A DNA stretch of 64,000 nucleotides from Eledone cirrhosa (GCA_964016885.1 OZ024742.1:170252001-170316000), one strand, 5' to 3'; positions 10,908 through 24,150 are shown, numbered from the stretch's first letter. The notes: generated by a model from the letters alone, not told the origin. Program-made: numbers and translations.

Positions 10908-12487
10908 ATGTGTGCTAGTCTGTTGAATATAGAAGAAACACAAAAGCTAAGGCTCACACACAGTCCAGAAAATTCCAACTGCTGTATCTTATTAATGCAT
11001 GGTTTATTGTGAATTCCAGCAGGTAAACAATAACTAGATGTAATGTTTGTTGTTGAGGTTCAGTTTACATTTGTTGACATTTGATAGGGCACATTTTAGT
11101 GATCTTAAGTCAACATCTATTACTGACCCATATTTCAAATGCCAGATTTCCATTGCCTTTTTGAACTCTATTTAATTTAAAACAATAAACAGAAAAGGAA
11201 AACATACATTCATGACATCTAATGTTATACTAACTCTCAATGTCCTGTACAGCATGAAACTGTCTTGAAAAATACAAAACAGCGCTATGATTACATCATA
11301 TGAAAAATGGAAGTCTTTACTCTAATATTGTTAATTTTCACAACAATATCTCGACTAGTAAACATACTATAAACATTTGAATTGGCAATCTTGTTTTTAG
11401 ATATTTTCTGTTAAACCATTATGGGGGAGTTTCCATGCTGGTATAGGTTTTCCATTTGTTTATATTTTATGAGTAAATTGTAATAAATTGTACTAGAAAT
11501 ATTATTAAATTAGGTTAAGCAAAATTCAACGTGTTATCTTTTTTGCCCTTGGCCATAGGAAAGTAGTTTGAGGTTTACATGTTTGAGACCCCTGTTTTAC
11601 ATTATCAGTCTCCTGCCTCTCACTTGTTTCTTGAACAACAATTGATTAACTCCACTAAATCCACTCTATTTAACTGGGATACACAATCACATAGCATTTC
11701 CCTCATAAATCTGTCTTTCCCCTTAAAACCTCCACACACACGCAGATCATCACCCTCCATTGTCTTCACCCACACTACCTATCTACTCTTCATATAATAT
11801 TATTGTGCCACATAACACAACAGTATCACTATTTTCCTAACTCTCTAGAACACAGGCACATACATAGCATGTATCTCGCTTATCTCCTGACACAACTGCT
11901 TTGCCCTTGGCTGCAAAATGCCTTCATTTTTCATCCACTTTGCTGTAAACCCGCTGCTTTTTGTGTACTCCATTTTCCCCCTTATTTCTTCTTTAATTTT
12001 AAATTATTGGAAGGTCAAACAATGCATATATAAATTAAACATTTAATGTTTATACACATTGCTTGGCCTTCCAATCATTTAAAATTATTATATTGACTCA
12101 ATGCTCGATACTCAATGATATATATTTCTTCGTTAATGTTTCCAACGAAGGACCATTACCCAAAACATTGAATTATGTGTCTTTCCTGCTTTGTAATTAT
12201 ATAAATATATGATTTATATTCTTCATTGTTGTGTTGGGTTTTCCTTGGGTTTTTGTGAGAGACAGGTGAAAGTTTCATGTCTACTGGGCCAGGTAAAATG
12301 ACTCAATAAAGGTGCCATGTTTTTAGAAGTGGTTACTAGAATAGTTGTTTGACTAGTGTCTTCTGTGAATGGCTTCAGTTTTTTGAGTATATTACAAAAC
12401 CTCTGAAAGGAATTTGTCTTTTCTCTAGCAAATCTAATTGTATTGTTGGTTCAGCTATTTGTGTATGTGTATCTTTTTCTCTCTCTG

Positions 12488-12512
12488 TATGTGTGTGTAC
12501 ACACACACATAT

Positions 12513-12547
<35 letters not shown>

Positions 12548-12666
12548 TATACACACACACACATATATACATACATACATACATATATATACACACACAC
12601 ACACATATATATATATACACACACACACACATATATATATACATATACACACACACACACATATAT

Positions 12667-12710
<44 letters not shown>

Positions 12711-12757
12711 GCACACATACATGCACACATACATGTGCGCTCTCTCTCTCTCACACA
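12488..12757. repeat. Compound (CA)/(TA)/(CT) microsatellite
   Basis: Direct dinucleotide runs. Confidence 0.95.
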
Positions 12758-13137
12758 TAATGTATGCTAGTTTGTTTGTTAGTGTTACTGAAGTATTTAC
12801 ACATGTAGATTAAACTGATTTTGGTGAATAATTTACACAAATTCTCAGCCCAATATAGAAACACATAAATAGTCACATTTATCTTGTCTACTGTCTACAC
12901 AAGAAAACAACAACCCCAAACTGAACCATATATGGCATAAAAAGAAAGTTAATCTAACCGAGGATCAGATGTCAAATTTAATTTAGATTTCTTTATTGTG
13001 ACGTTATTTTAAATTAAATGTTTATTATTATTGTTGTTATTGTTGTTGTTATTTTAAGAACACTCACATATTTGCTAACTAAACTAATTATTATCAGCTG
13101 CAGTGTATCACCATCTTAATGATGATGATCGTAATAT

Positions 13138-13655
13138 TTGTTTCTACTTTTGGCTCAAGGCCAGCAATTTGAAGGCAAGAAGGTAATCGATTAAATTGAC
13201 TATATTCTATTGACCCTGTGAAGATGAAAGGCAGGTTTTGAACTCAGAACATAAAGGGTCATAACTAGATACCTCAAAGCACTTTGTCAAATGCTCTAAT
13301 GAATCTGACAGTCCACGCTATAATGGTCATAATAATAATAATAATTGTTTCTACTTTTGGCACAAGGCCAGCAATTATCCTAGTGCATAACTGGTACTTT
13401 ATTTTACTGACCCTGTAAGGATGAAAGGCAAAGTTAACCTCGACTGATTTGAACTGAGAACGTAGAAAGTCGTAACCAAATGCTTTGTGCTATTTGGTTA
13501 TGGCTTTCTATAATCTGAGTTCAAATTCTGCCATGGTTAGCTTTGCCTTTTATCCTTATGTGGTCGATAAAATAAAGCACCAGTAATGCACTGGGTCGAT
13601 TTAATCGACTTACCCGTTTCTTTCAAATTGTTGGCCTTGTGCCAATAACCATAAT
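13138..13655. mobile_element. Three Deu/Nin SINE copies: two on the minus strand, then one on the plus strand forming a fold-back with the second
   Basis: Same core as 2080-2915; orientation switches at about 13485. Confidence 0.8.
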
Positions 13656-14553
13656 TGTTTAGTTTAAAGTTAGCCATTGTTGAGTTGATGTATGATCAAA
13701 AAGCATTCTGTCCATGACCATCCTTCCTTATATATTTCTAAGCATGTGTACATAATATGACAATTATTCAATATGTTCTTCCGTTTTGCTAAAGATAGTA
13801 TGGTATTCTTTGTGGGAAATTTGGCTGCTATTTTTAGCAGGTTGAGTGACCATTTTGGAGTTTCCTTTTTGCCATCGGGATGGCTGCTTCACAGATGTTG
13901 TATAATTTCTTTAGCTACACATATCTATATCTCTCGTGTCATTTCATCTACAATCTTTATTTAGCAATGAGAAGTGGTTTCAGAATTTTAGGATTGTAAT
14001 GTAATGTCAAAGGAAGCAAGGGAAAAAGCAAAGCAAAATCAAACATAATTATTAAAAAAATGGTAAAAGTAGAACCATTTAGTATTATTCTGGAACATTG
14101 GAATAAGTAGAATGAATACATCAGAATTTTCTTATTTTTATTTTTTACCTGGAATCAATAGATTGTAGGCTAGATTCGTTCCAAATGAACTTGAAGATAA
14201 TTGGTAGCTTAGACTATGTTTAGGGAAAGTTTGTGTTAGGAATACAATTTGGTAGGAAATCAAAGCCATGTTCTTCAAATGGAAAAGAAATGAGAGGAAT
14301 TGAACAGAAGAGTGATATATATTTTTTTTAATGTCAGTACTTTATTCCTTGCATACAAGAGTGGAAAATTTGGTATCTAGTCAAGTGCAATGGATTAGAT
14401 ATGATGTTATGTTTGAGAGTATAAAACATGACCAGAGCATTTTTAGTGGGGTTTTTAATGGTTCTCTTATCATATTTCTAATAAATTACACTGTTTCACT
14501 TAATTAATGAATAATTTGAATGGATTTACAGAATTGTTACTTCATTATTAAGA

Positions 14554-14909
14554 CTAGCAGAAAAACCACCCTTCGGGTGGTTTTCTTCAAGCATGTGTAG
14601 TGGGTATATGCAGGTATATATACATGTAGCTATGACACGTCAAATAAAATCGTAATTGACAGACAATATACACAGAAATTGAATGAAGACTGCGTTACAC
14701 TCTCTTATGTAATCAGTAACGTAATCCATTGTACATTTTAAAAAAAACGATATTATATATAAACTGCATTAGGAGAAAATTAGTGACAGAAAATTAATGT
14801 TTATTTAAGCGATTGCCACTGGAAGTGTTGACATTTGAAGATTTTAAAGAAGTGAATCTTTAAATAAATAATAAAATATATTTAATGAACAGCCACGAAA
14901 TTTAGTAGA
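14554..14909 (-). mobile_element. Non-autonomous Helitron (~356 bp)
   Basis: Minus strand starts A|TCTACTA (plus tagtagat at 14903-14910) and ends with the hairpin aaaaccaccc-gaa-gggtggtttt followed by CTAG|T (14553-14557). These are canonical Helitron termini inserted between A and T; the 5' end is less certain. Confidence 0.65.
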
Positions 14910-14944
14910 TAAATTATGTAATATTCATTCATTATTTATTCAAA

Positions 14945-15133
14945 GGGCAGTGAATTGGCAGTATCGGTAGAGGGTTGGACGCCATGTTTTCTAGCATAGT
15001 TATGTCCCTTTATGGTTTGAGTTCAAATCCTGCTGAGGTTAACTTTGCTTTTCATCCTTACGGGGTCGATAAAATAAAGTACCAGTAATGTACTGGGTAA
15101 TTGCTGGCCTTGTGCCTAAAGTAGAAACAATTA
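14945..15133 (+). mobile_element. Full-length Deu/Nin tRNA-SINE; further copies near 24640-25050 (-), 26045-26280 (-), 37110-37257, 43920-44022, 45760-46222, 51735-51925, 52355-52570 and 53330-53520 (-)
   Basis: ggcagtgaattggcagtatcggtagag...gagttcaaatcc...cttttcatccttacggggtcgataaaataaagtacc...gctggccttgtgcc..agaaacaatt. Confidence 0.8.
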
Positions 15134-16884
15134 TTCAAAGTAATCCAACTTATTTTACTAATGGGATAAAAAATTATAAACAGTACGCAATCCCGCGCTT
15201 TTTACTTTATGGTATTTGCAGCGTACATAACTTAAGAAAAAGTTATTATGTTGAATTATGTTGGAAGTTGTATTTAAACAGCTACCCTTAAAAGAGGGTG
15301 ATTTTGTTTCGTAAAAAAAGAAGGTTTGGGGTGGGTTAACCCTTTTGTTACTATTTTTAATGTGAGGCAGTCATAGTGTTGTTTTATACTTTTGAAGAAT
15401 ATCTTGCTAATGTGGTTTCATGTGGTCCAGGATGTTAAGAGTTAAACATGTTATGAGTTTAAAACCAACCACTTCTACAGATTAGCATTTTAATTGTATT
15501 AAGATGACCCATCATGCTTAAATATAAACTCTAGCTTTAAAATGTCACACACACATTTACATACACAGACATTCAAATCATTCAAACATTCTCATATATA
15601 CACACACATTCACATACACACATTATCACATACACACACAGGCAAACAGACACACACACTCTCATGATCATATGCAAATATGTTTATGGCTGTTACAAGT
15701 TAATTTTATTTTATTGACTTCTTTTCTTAATTAGAAACACATGTTGAACTGTTTTATACTTTATTTAGTAACTAAAAGTGAGTAAGATTAGTTTAATAAT
15801 AGTTACTGCTGCTAAGGTTAACAATATATATACTCAGATTTATTAGACAGTGTTGACAAAGAAGAGAGGAGAGAGAAATTCACTTTTCCATCCTGGTATG
15901 GGTTAGACATGACATTTTGAGGTAGTGTTTTATGGTCAGATGTCCATTCTGATGCCAACCTCCCGAGTGTTGGTGCATAGAATACATACACCCAGTACAG
16001 TCTGTAAAGTGGTTGGTGTTAGGATGGGTATCCAGCTGTAGAAACTGCCAAGAACAGAACATACATCAGCGAGACTCTCCTGAACCCCAGCCAATTTATA
16101 CGAACAGTAGCTCCAATTAAACACCGACTTGGTTTGTGGTGACCCGTTCAACCTATGCCATACCAACATAGAAATATAAACATTAGATTATGAAGACATT
16201 AAATTATGAGGATAATGATGTGTGTGCACACACACACACACACATGCTCATGCACACACACATTATTATTATTATTATACACATATGAAAATATATCAGA
16301 TGACTTAGAAAGACTGTTTATATTGAGATTGTTGGCTTGATAACAATAGATATAATTCTGATATCTGAGAATTCTTGTATTATTATTATTATTTTCTTTT
16401 CTACATACGTGTGTCATAATTGTTGGCTGTTGGAAGTATGCTCTGTCTGTCTCAGTTTACAGGGCCTACTGGATATAAGGTTGGCTAGGTCAAGGCTCTC
16501 TCTCTGTAAAAGTGTAAAAGCACAGGGGTTTGTTTTAAAAGTTTTTTTTCTTTTATCCAAGTTTTGTTGAATATTACCGGTTTTGATTGGTATGTCAATC
16601 TTGTCAATTTAAAAAAAAATGTTTCTCATATTTTGTGGGCAGTTCAGCCAACACTCCAACTCTCTCTTTCTCTCTCTCTCTCTCTCCCCCCTTCTCTCTC
16701 TCTCCTCTCTCTCTCTCTCCCCCCTTCTCTCTCTCTCCTCTCTCTCTCTATATATATATAATGTTCTATGGGTTTGTATAATAATCACACTTAATACAAA
16801 CTAAATGAATATATTATGTGTAGAATAAATATATTTGCTGTTTATAGTGATGGTTACTTGGAAGTTTTGTCAAGGTTAGTGGCC

Positions 16885-17060
16885 TTAACCCTTTAGCATT
16901 TAAATTATTCTATATATATTGTTATATTTTCACATAATATCGAATCTATGAGAATTTGATATTATTTATTTTGAGAACAATACCTTAACATCACAGCGAG
17001 TGGCCAGTTTGAACAGAAAGAAGCGATAGAATTCTGCCAGTTTAAATGCTAAAGGGTTAA
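16885..17060. mobile_element. piggyBac-like MITE, family P1
   Basis: TTAA|ccctttagcatt ... aatgctaaaggg|TTAA terminal inverted repeats with a TTAA target duplication. Confidence 0.8.
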
Positions 17061-17962
17061 ACTAACAAAAGCACTTTAACATTTGCAGCTAATGGTTTCA
17101 TGAACATTAGAGGGCCTGCAAAACAGCAAGCAATAGTTATCAGTCATATCTTTAGGCAACTCTGAATTATATAGAACATGTTTTTTTCCTTATTGACGTT
17201 TTTGGTATGCATATACATGTATGTACACACACACAGGTTAAATAAAAGAAATTGGAACATATGCTGTAACTCTGGATGGAAGGAACAGAAGATGGTGAAT
17301 TTCTGATAATGTTGTTTTTAATGGTTTGAACTAAGGATATTTGGAGTGTCATCAGTTTTTGTCAAAAAAAAAAAAAAAAAAAAAGAGCATGTAGACAAAA
17401 TAAAAATGGAGCCAGTTTTTTTTTTTTTTTTGTAAATTATTCACCCTGTGTGTATATATATATATATTAATGGGGTACTGTAAGAAGATAAAAACATTTA
17501 ATCTGATTTCTTTTTCAGAATTTGAGCTCTGGAATATCCAATACCATGACGGTACATTATTCATTCTGTTTTTGTTTTCTTCTTTTAGCATTTTGTAGAT
17601 TTACCTAGTTTTTCTTCTTTTTAGTAGTTGTTGTAACACTGTTGTATTCTTTTCTTTCTCCACCTTTTTCTTCTCTTCTTTTCTTCTTCCACCTCCTTTA
17701 CTTTTTGTTTACTATTTTCTCCTCTTTTCCTTCTTTTTCTTTTTTCTACTTCCCTTTCTTCCTATTTTTTTCCATTGAGCATGTTACTTCATGCATGACT
17801 TAGTCCAGCTTCTAACATATAGTCATTATCTAGTAATTAGTAATACTAACATTCTCCCCCCCCCCCCCACTCACAACATCCCCTTATGTCACTTTGGTCT
17901 TGTTGAGGTTAGCCTGACTTATGACTAGTTAATCCACATGCATATGTATTTTTAAGAGTTCT

Positions 17963-18199
17963 CATACCATGTGATGCTTCCTTCACTCCTGGTAGTGTCA
18001 AAAGAATGCTATGGCATACAAGTTATGACATACAATGTGATGCTCCCTTCACTCCCAGTAGTGTCATAATGATGTTATTATGACTTACCATGTAATACTC
18101 CCTTTACTCCTGGTAGTGTCATAAGAATGCTGTTATGACATACAATGTGACGTTTCCACTCACTCCTGGTAGAGTCATAAGGATGCTGTTATGACATAC
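17963..18199 (+). repeat. Minisatellite, ~55-bp unit x4
   Basis: catac(a/c)atgtgatgctcccttcactcctggtagtgtcataagaatgctgttatga repeated four times. Confidence 0.85.
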
Positions 18200-18492
18200 T
18201 CTGTTTTGGGAACCCATTCCTCTCCAGGTCTGAACACAGCTGATTAGTCCCAGAGAAAAAGGAGCTGGGAGGAAAGTGAGATAGAGGAAGAATTGACCCT
18301 AGTACTGGACTGGTAGACTGAAAACAAAGAATAAAACACAACATAACTTCACTACAAGTCGGCTGGGAAGCTTCTATACAGTTGTGTGAACCTGCTAGAA
18401 ATAAGAGAAAAATTTCATTCAAATCATACTCTCCCCTCTGAACTCTTTTGATACTACCCTGCCTGAAAATGATCCTGTTTCTATGAATCATT

Positions 18493-18918
18493 TTAACCCT
18501 TTTGTTACCATATTTCTAACGAAAAACACTGCATATAATTTTCAAATAATCAAGGATTTGGAAGGGTTTTATATTTCTAAATTTCTCTTTATTGAGTTGG
18601 TGTTTGGAGCATAGCTTTACAAAGATTCTTATATAAAAATATGATGGAAGGGCTTTAGATAAAAAATAAACGCTTAAAATAAGCAGTTTTGTATCATAGA
18701 GCCAAGGAGTTTCATGTAGCTTGGTATTGAAAATATTAAACCAAAACCTATTGTAATTTTATGTAAGAACTGTTTTAGTAATGCTCTAAATAACTCAGTA
18801 ATGAGAAAGTTCAGCAATTTTACTAAATCTCTCCCATTTAAAAAAAAAATATTTTCGAAATTAATTGAAACCCTTTGGAAGTGTCTTTTATGAGAAATAT
18901 GGTAAAGAAAAGATTTAA
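18493..18918. mobile_element. piggyBac-like MITE family P2 (two decayed pieces); other copies near 6258-6500, 32583-32962, 36382-36766, 53179-53320, 55264-55473, 56449-56718 and 57415-57618
   Basis: TTAA|cccttttgttaccatatttctaa end and, in better copies, ggtatcaaaaggg|TTAA at the other end; shared internal sequence. Confidence 0.65.
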
Positions 18919-19227
18919 AAGAAAAGTCAAAGAATATGTTGCATAACTTGGGTGCAAATAGAATGGGCCTCCATCAGTTTTGATGAAGTGTGTTCTAGTT
19001 GTTCAACCAATGGAACAGTCTGCTTATGAAATTAATGTGTAAGTTGGTAAGCATTCCACAGACACATGCCCATAACATAATTATCAGAGTGTCAAAGCTG
19101 GCTCTTTAAATTATGGATACAATTCATCTAATAGGCTTCCAAATAATTTCCATCTAACTAATTTCATTTACAAGGTACAGGTCGATTTGTCTTTTGTCAA
19201 AGATACCATGCACTGGGATTGAAACCT

Positions 19228-19587
19228 TCTTCTTCCCCCACATATTCCTGAGAGGGTTGTGGGGGTAGAGTTCTCAAACACTCCTTCCAATGGGTCCTGT
19301 CAGAAGCAACTGTCTCCAACTGATCTGGCTGGATCCCCAAGTGAGACTAGCCCAGCTCATGGATGTTATCCAACCAACTTGCTCAGGGTCTGCCCATGGG
19401 TCTCCTGCCAATTGGTTTTGCCCATAAAATCTGTCCAGTGATTCTTTTCTGAGACATTCTAACCCTATGTCTATAATATCGGAGCTGTTGTCTCTCAATT
19501 TGGAGAAGTAGTGGCTCTACTTGGAGTGACTCTCTGATCTCCAAGCTATGCACTCTATTGAGTAATGTTACTCCAAAAGACCTTTCA
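19228..19587 (-). mobile_element. RTE-like LINE 3' fragment inserted into a SINE, with an apparent target-site duplication
   Basis: The minus strand reads aaaccaattggcaggagacccatgggcagaccctgagcaagttgg, a decayed GRRPxGRPRxRW region. Flanked by ggattgaaacct (19216) and ggattgaacct (19588). Homologous to 37268-37600. Confidence 0.65.
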
Positions 19588-21559
19588 GGATTGAACCTGA
19601 GGCCTTATAATTGTTAAGCAAACTCCTTAACCATTTGGCCATGCTGTGTTGACTGTTGAATTAATGATGGCTGGAATGTCTTTGATCAGAGTTCTGTTCT
19701 CTCAGAGCTTGCCTGGGGCTAAACAACAATACCAACAACTTCACCACCTGAAGCTGTTTCAAATTCAAATTATTATTGATAAGAAGAGGTGGTGATGGTA
19801 GAGGTAGGGGTTAGAGAAGAAAAGAAAGCAGTAGAGCAAAATGTGTTATTTATTGAGGAATTCTTGGTTGGTTTGGGGAGCTTACCTCCTCCTTCCCCTC
19901 TTCTTCCTCCCTGTCTCTTCCCCATATCTACCCCCTGCTCCCCCTTTCTCCCCTGCTCCCCCCTCTTCCCTAATATCTTTCGTTTTTACCATTTTTTCAA
20001 ATCCAGTAACAGCATTTATATTCTTTACCCTTTCCATAAGTATGGACAGGAACAGGGTTTTTTTATATGATTAAATTTGCTCTGTGTGTGTGTTTGTCCC
20101 TCTTTTTACTTCTTCTTTATCTGTATCTCGCTATTTCTCTTATTCTCTCTCCATAGCTATTTCATTGTTTTTCTTTTTCTCTGTTTCTTGCTTGTTATCC
20201 CTTCTCTCTGTCGTTTTAACACACATATACTTTGAAGTATTCTCCAAATGTCGACAACATAAAAAGAAAGACACAAAGAAACACCATCTCAACAAGATCT
20301 CCAATGACAGTGTCTTATTAAATGTTTTATATTGCAGGAACATTGTAAATAATCAGAGTAGGAACCTTTCGAAATCCTCTGTGAAAATGGATGAATTCCT
20401 CTCTTTACAAGTTTATTTTACTAATGTATACATATGTGTGTCTGTGTGTCTATGAGTATATGTGTGTGTTTGTATATATGTGTGTATGTATATATGTGTA
20501 TAGGCCGAAACAAATGAGATCGTGTAGGTGTCACGACAAAAAAAACACACAGTCCACGCTGTAATGTGGCCGTGTAGGCAACATGGTAAAAACCTCCCAG
20601 ACCCACACTGTAAATGTGGTTGGTGTTAGGAAGGGCATCCAACTGTAGAAAACCTGCCAGACAGTCCTATGCGAGCAAGACAATCACGCTTGCCTCAAGT
20701 GGGAAAACCCCCGTCCAAACCCATGCAAGCGTGGAATACAGACGTTAAACGTTGATGATGATGATGTAGATATATGGTTATGTATATATATTTATATGTG
20801 AACTAGTACAAAATGTAGTACAAATTTTCTAAATTACCAAGTTTTAAGAAAATATTAGTCAGAGAAATTGTTCTACCATGGGCCATAGAAAAGTAGTTTG
20901 TGGGCCATGTGTTGAGAAAAAACATTGAGTAAACTAACAAATGGTTGCAAGGTTTTCATTTTTACACATATGATTTGCTCTTGAAATGCCATAATACCAT
21001 GAAATACAATAGTTTATCATCAATGTTATAGCCACAGTATTGTGTGTTGTACCATTTTAGACTCTTCAATTCTTAAAGTCTGCTCACTTTTAGTCGTTCA
21101 TCATGTTTCCTTGGTTTGGCATATTGTATTGATGTTGTTGTTGGCATGTTTTATTGCTGATGTTGTTGGTGACATGTTGTATTGCAGCTATGATTGTATT
21201 GTATAGCTGCTGTTGTATTATTATTTTTGTTGTTGAGCATTGAATATAAAAAAAGGTGAGCCCTTGTAGTGGATGGAACTTGTGGAAGAGGGAAACCAAG
21301 GAAGACATGGGGCAAAGTGTGGGGAATGACCTAAAAAAAATGGACTTCACAAATGAGATGATACAGGACTGGGTTGACTGGCAATCTACCTTAATACAAC
21401 AGAGACATCTGTTAGTGGAAGCACTGTAATACTAAAAGTAGACATGGTGAGAGACCAGAGCCTACAGTCCTTGGCAATTGAATAGAAACAATATAGGGTT
21501 TGAGAAGAGTCTTCAGTCTGGCTTAACATGTGATAATCTCTCTAGTGCTGATGCCAATT

Positions 21560-21930
21560 CTGGCTTGAACAGTGCATTGTGTTTTTGAGCAAAACACTTT
21601 ATTTCATATTGCTTTTCATAACAGGCCTGGATTTCTTATCATTAAAACACCACAGAAATCTCCTATGAGATACAACCCTGTAGGAGGCCAGATAAACTTA
21701 CAGAGGTGTGAATTGTAACATAATAGAACATGGGCCCCCTATCATTAGAACATCCAAGAATCCTCCTATGAGATTGTATCTCATAGGAGGTCAGCTATAC
21801 CGACATAGTTGTGAGCTGTAACAACAACAACAGCATCATCTGACTGGAGCTCTTATCATTAAAACACCCCAGAAACCTCCTGAGATATAACATCATAGGA
21901 AACCAGCTAAATGTGAGCTGTAACAAGATA
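21560..21930 (+). mobile_element. SINE with a tandem ~110-bp tail (3 units)
   Basis: ttgtgtttttgagcaaaacactttatttc followed by three attaaaacacc...cctatgagatacaac...gtgagctgtaac units. Confidence 0.7.
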
Positions 21931-22285
21931 AACAGTTATTTTTTTATCTCTCAATTTTGGAGAGATTCAAGTGAAGTTCTGGAATGGTGGGGTGGGGTAT
22001 AAACTAACAATTATTATTATTATTATAAGGAATGTGAGATGTTACCAAATACTGAATCTCTTCTGACATTGAAGTCTGCCGATACATAATTATAAACAAC
22101 AACAATAATGTCATAGCTTTAATCCATTTATTGCTTTATTATTAATTGCAGATATAATTGCATTATCTCATTGTTCTCTGTGTTGGCAGCCTGTCTTCAT
22201 GTTTATGGCACTTCATTATTATTGTTATTTGTGATCACTTGTCTGTTAGCAGGGGAAACATCCAGCTGTTAAATGATGCAGATAG

Positions 22286-22337
<52 letters not shown>

Positions 22338-22338
22338 C

Positions 22339-22369
<31 letters not shown>

Positions 22370-22849
22370 AATCATCAGCCATTTTTCTATTCTTGCATGG
22401 GTTGGACAGGTCATTCTCGACATGGCATCCTTCCATTTGTTGCGATGCTTTGTTATCTCCTCTGTGACGCAGTGCCTGCCTTGCCTTTAGCTCCATTTTT
22501 GTTACAGCTGCTCATAAACTCCACTGTTATAGCCTGGAGAACTATAATGAACAGTATTGGGCTATGAACCCTGATGAACCTGTATCTTGAATTCCACACT
22601 AAATTCATTTCTTACTCTCACTTCGCTGATAGCTCCTCTGTACATGGCTTGCACTGCTCTCACCAACCATTCTTCTACACTTAATTTCCTTAAGGACCAC
22701 TGTCAAACGCTTTTTCTATATCAATGAAAGCTAGGTATTGTGGCTTATTTTTGGCTAAGAATTTCACTTGCAGCTGCATCACTAAAAAGAGGGCATCTAT
22801 AGTACTTTTCCTAGGCATGAAACCGTCTATGATTATATATATATATATA

Positions 22850-23770
22850 TGAAAACGGGGAGAAAGACGATTAGTAGGAAGAAAAATATTTTTTTTTCCC
22901 TTTTTGTTTCTCTCTCTCTCTTTTCTGGGTTAGAAAATGATTAAAACGAAATGTTTTACTTTGTGTGAAGTGTTAAGGTATTAGTTGATTTATTTATTAT
23001 TTAACAATGGCATTTATTTATCTATTTATCTATTTAATTATTGTCTATTACCGGTTTCAGCATTTATATGCATTATCAAATGATAGTGAAATGTAAATGT
23101 TTGATTGTTTGTTGCAGTTTTAGATTGGTCCAATTTTTAGAGCATTAAGTAGAGGTTGGAATTTGTTAATGAAATATGTTTCCTTATTGGTACGTTGGAT
23201 GAAAGTAGCGTTGTCTATGAATTTGTAAATGGGGAAAATTTTAAAGTTTGGATGTTGGTTGTGAGCACAATTGGCGATATGTTCACTAAATGCAATCTTT
23301 CTGTATTCCTGTATTTTATGGACGGTCATACGTTGACGGAGGCTGTCTTTTGTCTGTCCTATGTAATGCTCTTGACAACCTGAGCAGGTCAAAACATAGA
23401 TAGGTTTTCAGATGCACATGTAAAGTTGTTTAACTGTGAATCGCTGTCCTTGTTTAAAATGGAATGTTGAACCTTCTATTAGATTTATGCATATGCCATA
23501 GGTAGGCCTTCCGCATTTTGTTACTGTAGGGTTCATTGTGAGGGTTTGTTGGATTTTGGTTTGTGTGAGGATGTTTTTTATGGATTTAGGTTGTCTTTTG
23601 CTCTTTATGATGTTGTGTGTTTGGAGGATTTTGTTCATTCTTGGGTCTCTTTTTAGTAAAGGAATGTTCTGGAGGATGGTGTCGAATGCCTCATAAGAGA
23701 GAGAGAAACAAAAAGGGAAAAAAATATATTTTTCTTCCTAATAATCGTCTCTTTCTCCCTGTTTTTATAT
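22850..23770 (-). mobile_element. Truncated Penelope-like element (Cys-rich linker plus GIY-YIG endonuclease) with inverted termini, in (TA)n
   Basis: KCGRPTYGIC, TCSGCQEHYIGQT...LRQRMTVH...SEH...KETYFINKFQPLLN in ORFs 23408-23638 and 23120-23392 (frameshifted). 22850-22921 is the reverse complement of 23696-23770. TA runs flank both sides. Confidence 0.85.
23045..23086 (-). ncRNA. Decayed minimal type I hammerhead ribozyme in the PLE 3' region
   Basis: Minus strand: ctat-cat-TTGATAA-t-gcat ataa atgc-t-GAAA-ccgg-TA-atag. Palindromic stem III (ACCGGT), two core substitutions, on the sense strand just after the ORF. Confidence 0.5.
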
Positions 23771-23844
23771 ATATATATATATATCCGAACTCGTGTGCTT
23801 CCTCTCCACATTTTATTATTATATATATATATATATATATATAT

Positions 23845-24150
23845 GGAGGCACATGGCTTAGTGGTTAGAGCATTGGGCTTGCAATCGAAAGGTTGTGAGT
23901 TCAATTCTCAGACCGGGTGATGTTGTTTCCATGAGCAAGACATTTTATTTCACATTGCTCCAGTTTACTCAGCTGTAGAAATGTAAAGTGGACGTATAGG
24001 CGCCACAGAAAAAAAAGCACCCAGCACTCACTGTAAATGAGGTTGGTGTTAGGAAGGTCATCCAGCTGTAGAAATCAAGCCAGAATCAGTTCCCGTCCCA
24101 CCCTTGCAAGCAGGGAAAAGCGGACGTATGATGACGATGATGATAATGAT
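23845..24150 (+). mobile_element. tRNA-derived CORE SINE with a (GAT)n tail
   Basis: ggaggcacatggcttagtggttagagc...gagttcaattc (A/B boxes), gagcaagac, tail gatgacgatgatg. Confidence 0.8.

Noticed and set aside
14560-14586. Rho-independent terminator-like hairpin plus T run
   Set aside because: The DNA is eukaryotic, and the adjacent CTAG on the minus strand fits a Helitron 3' end better.
20325-20415. Possible exon after tttatattgcag (NIVNNQSRNLSKSSVKMDEFLSLQ)
   Set aside because: The acceptor is plausible but the donor is weak and the peptide is unrecognisable.
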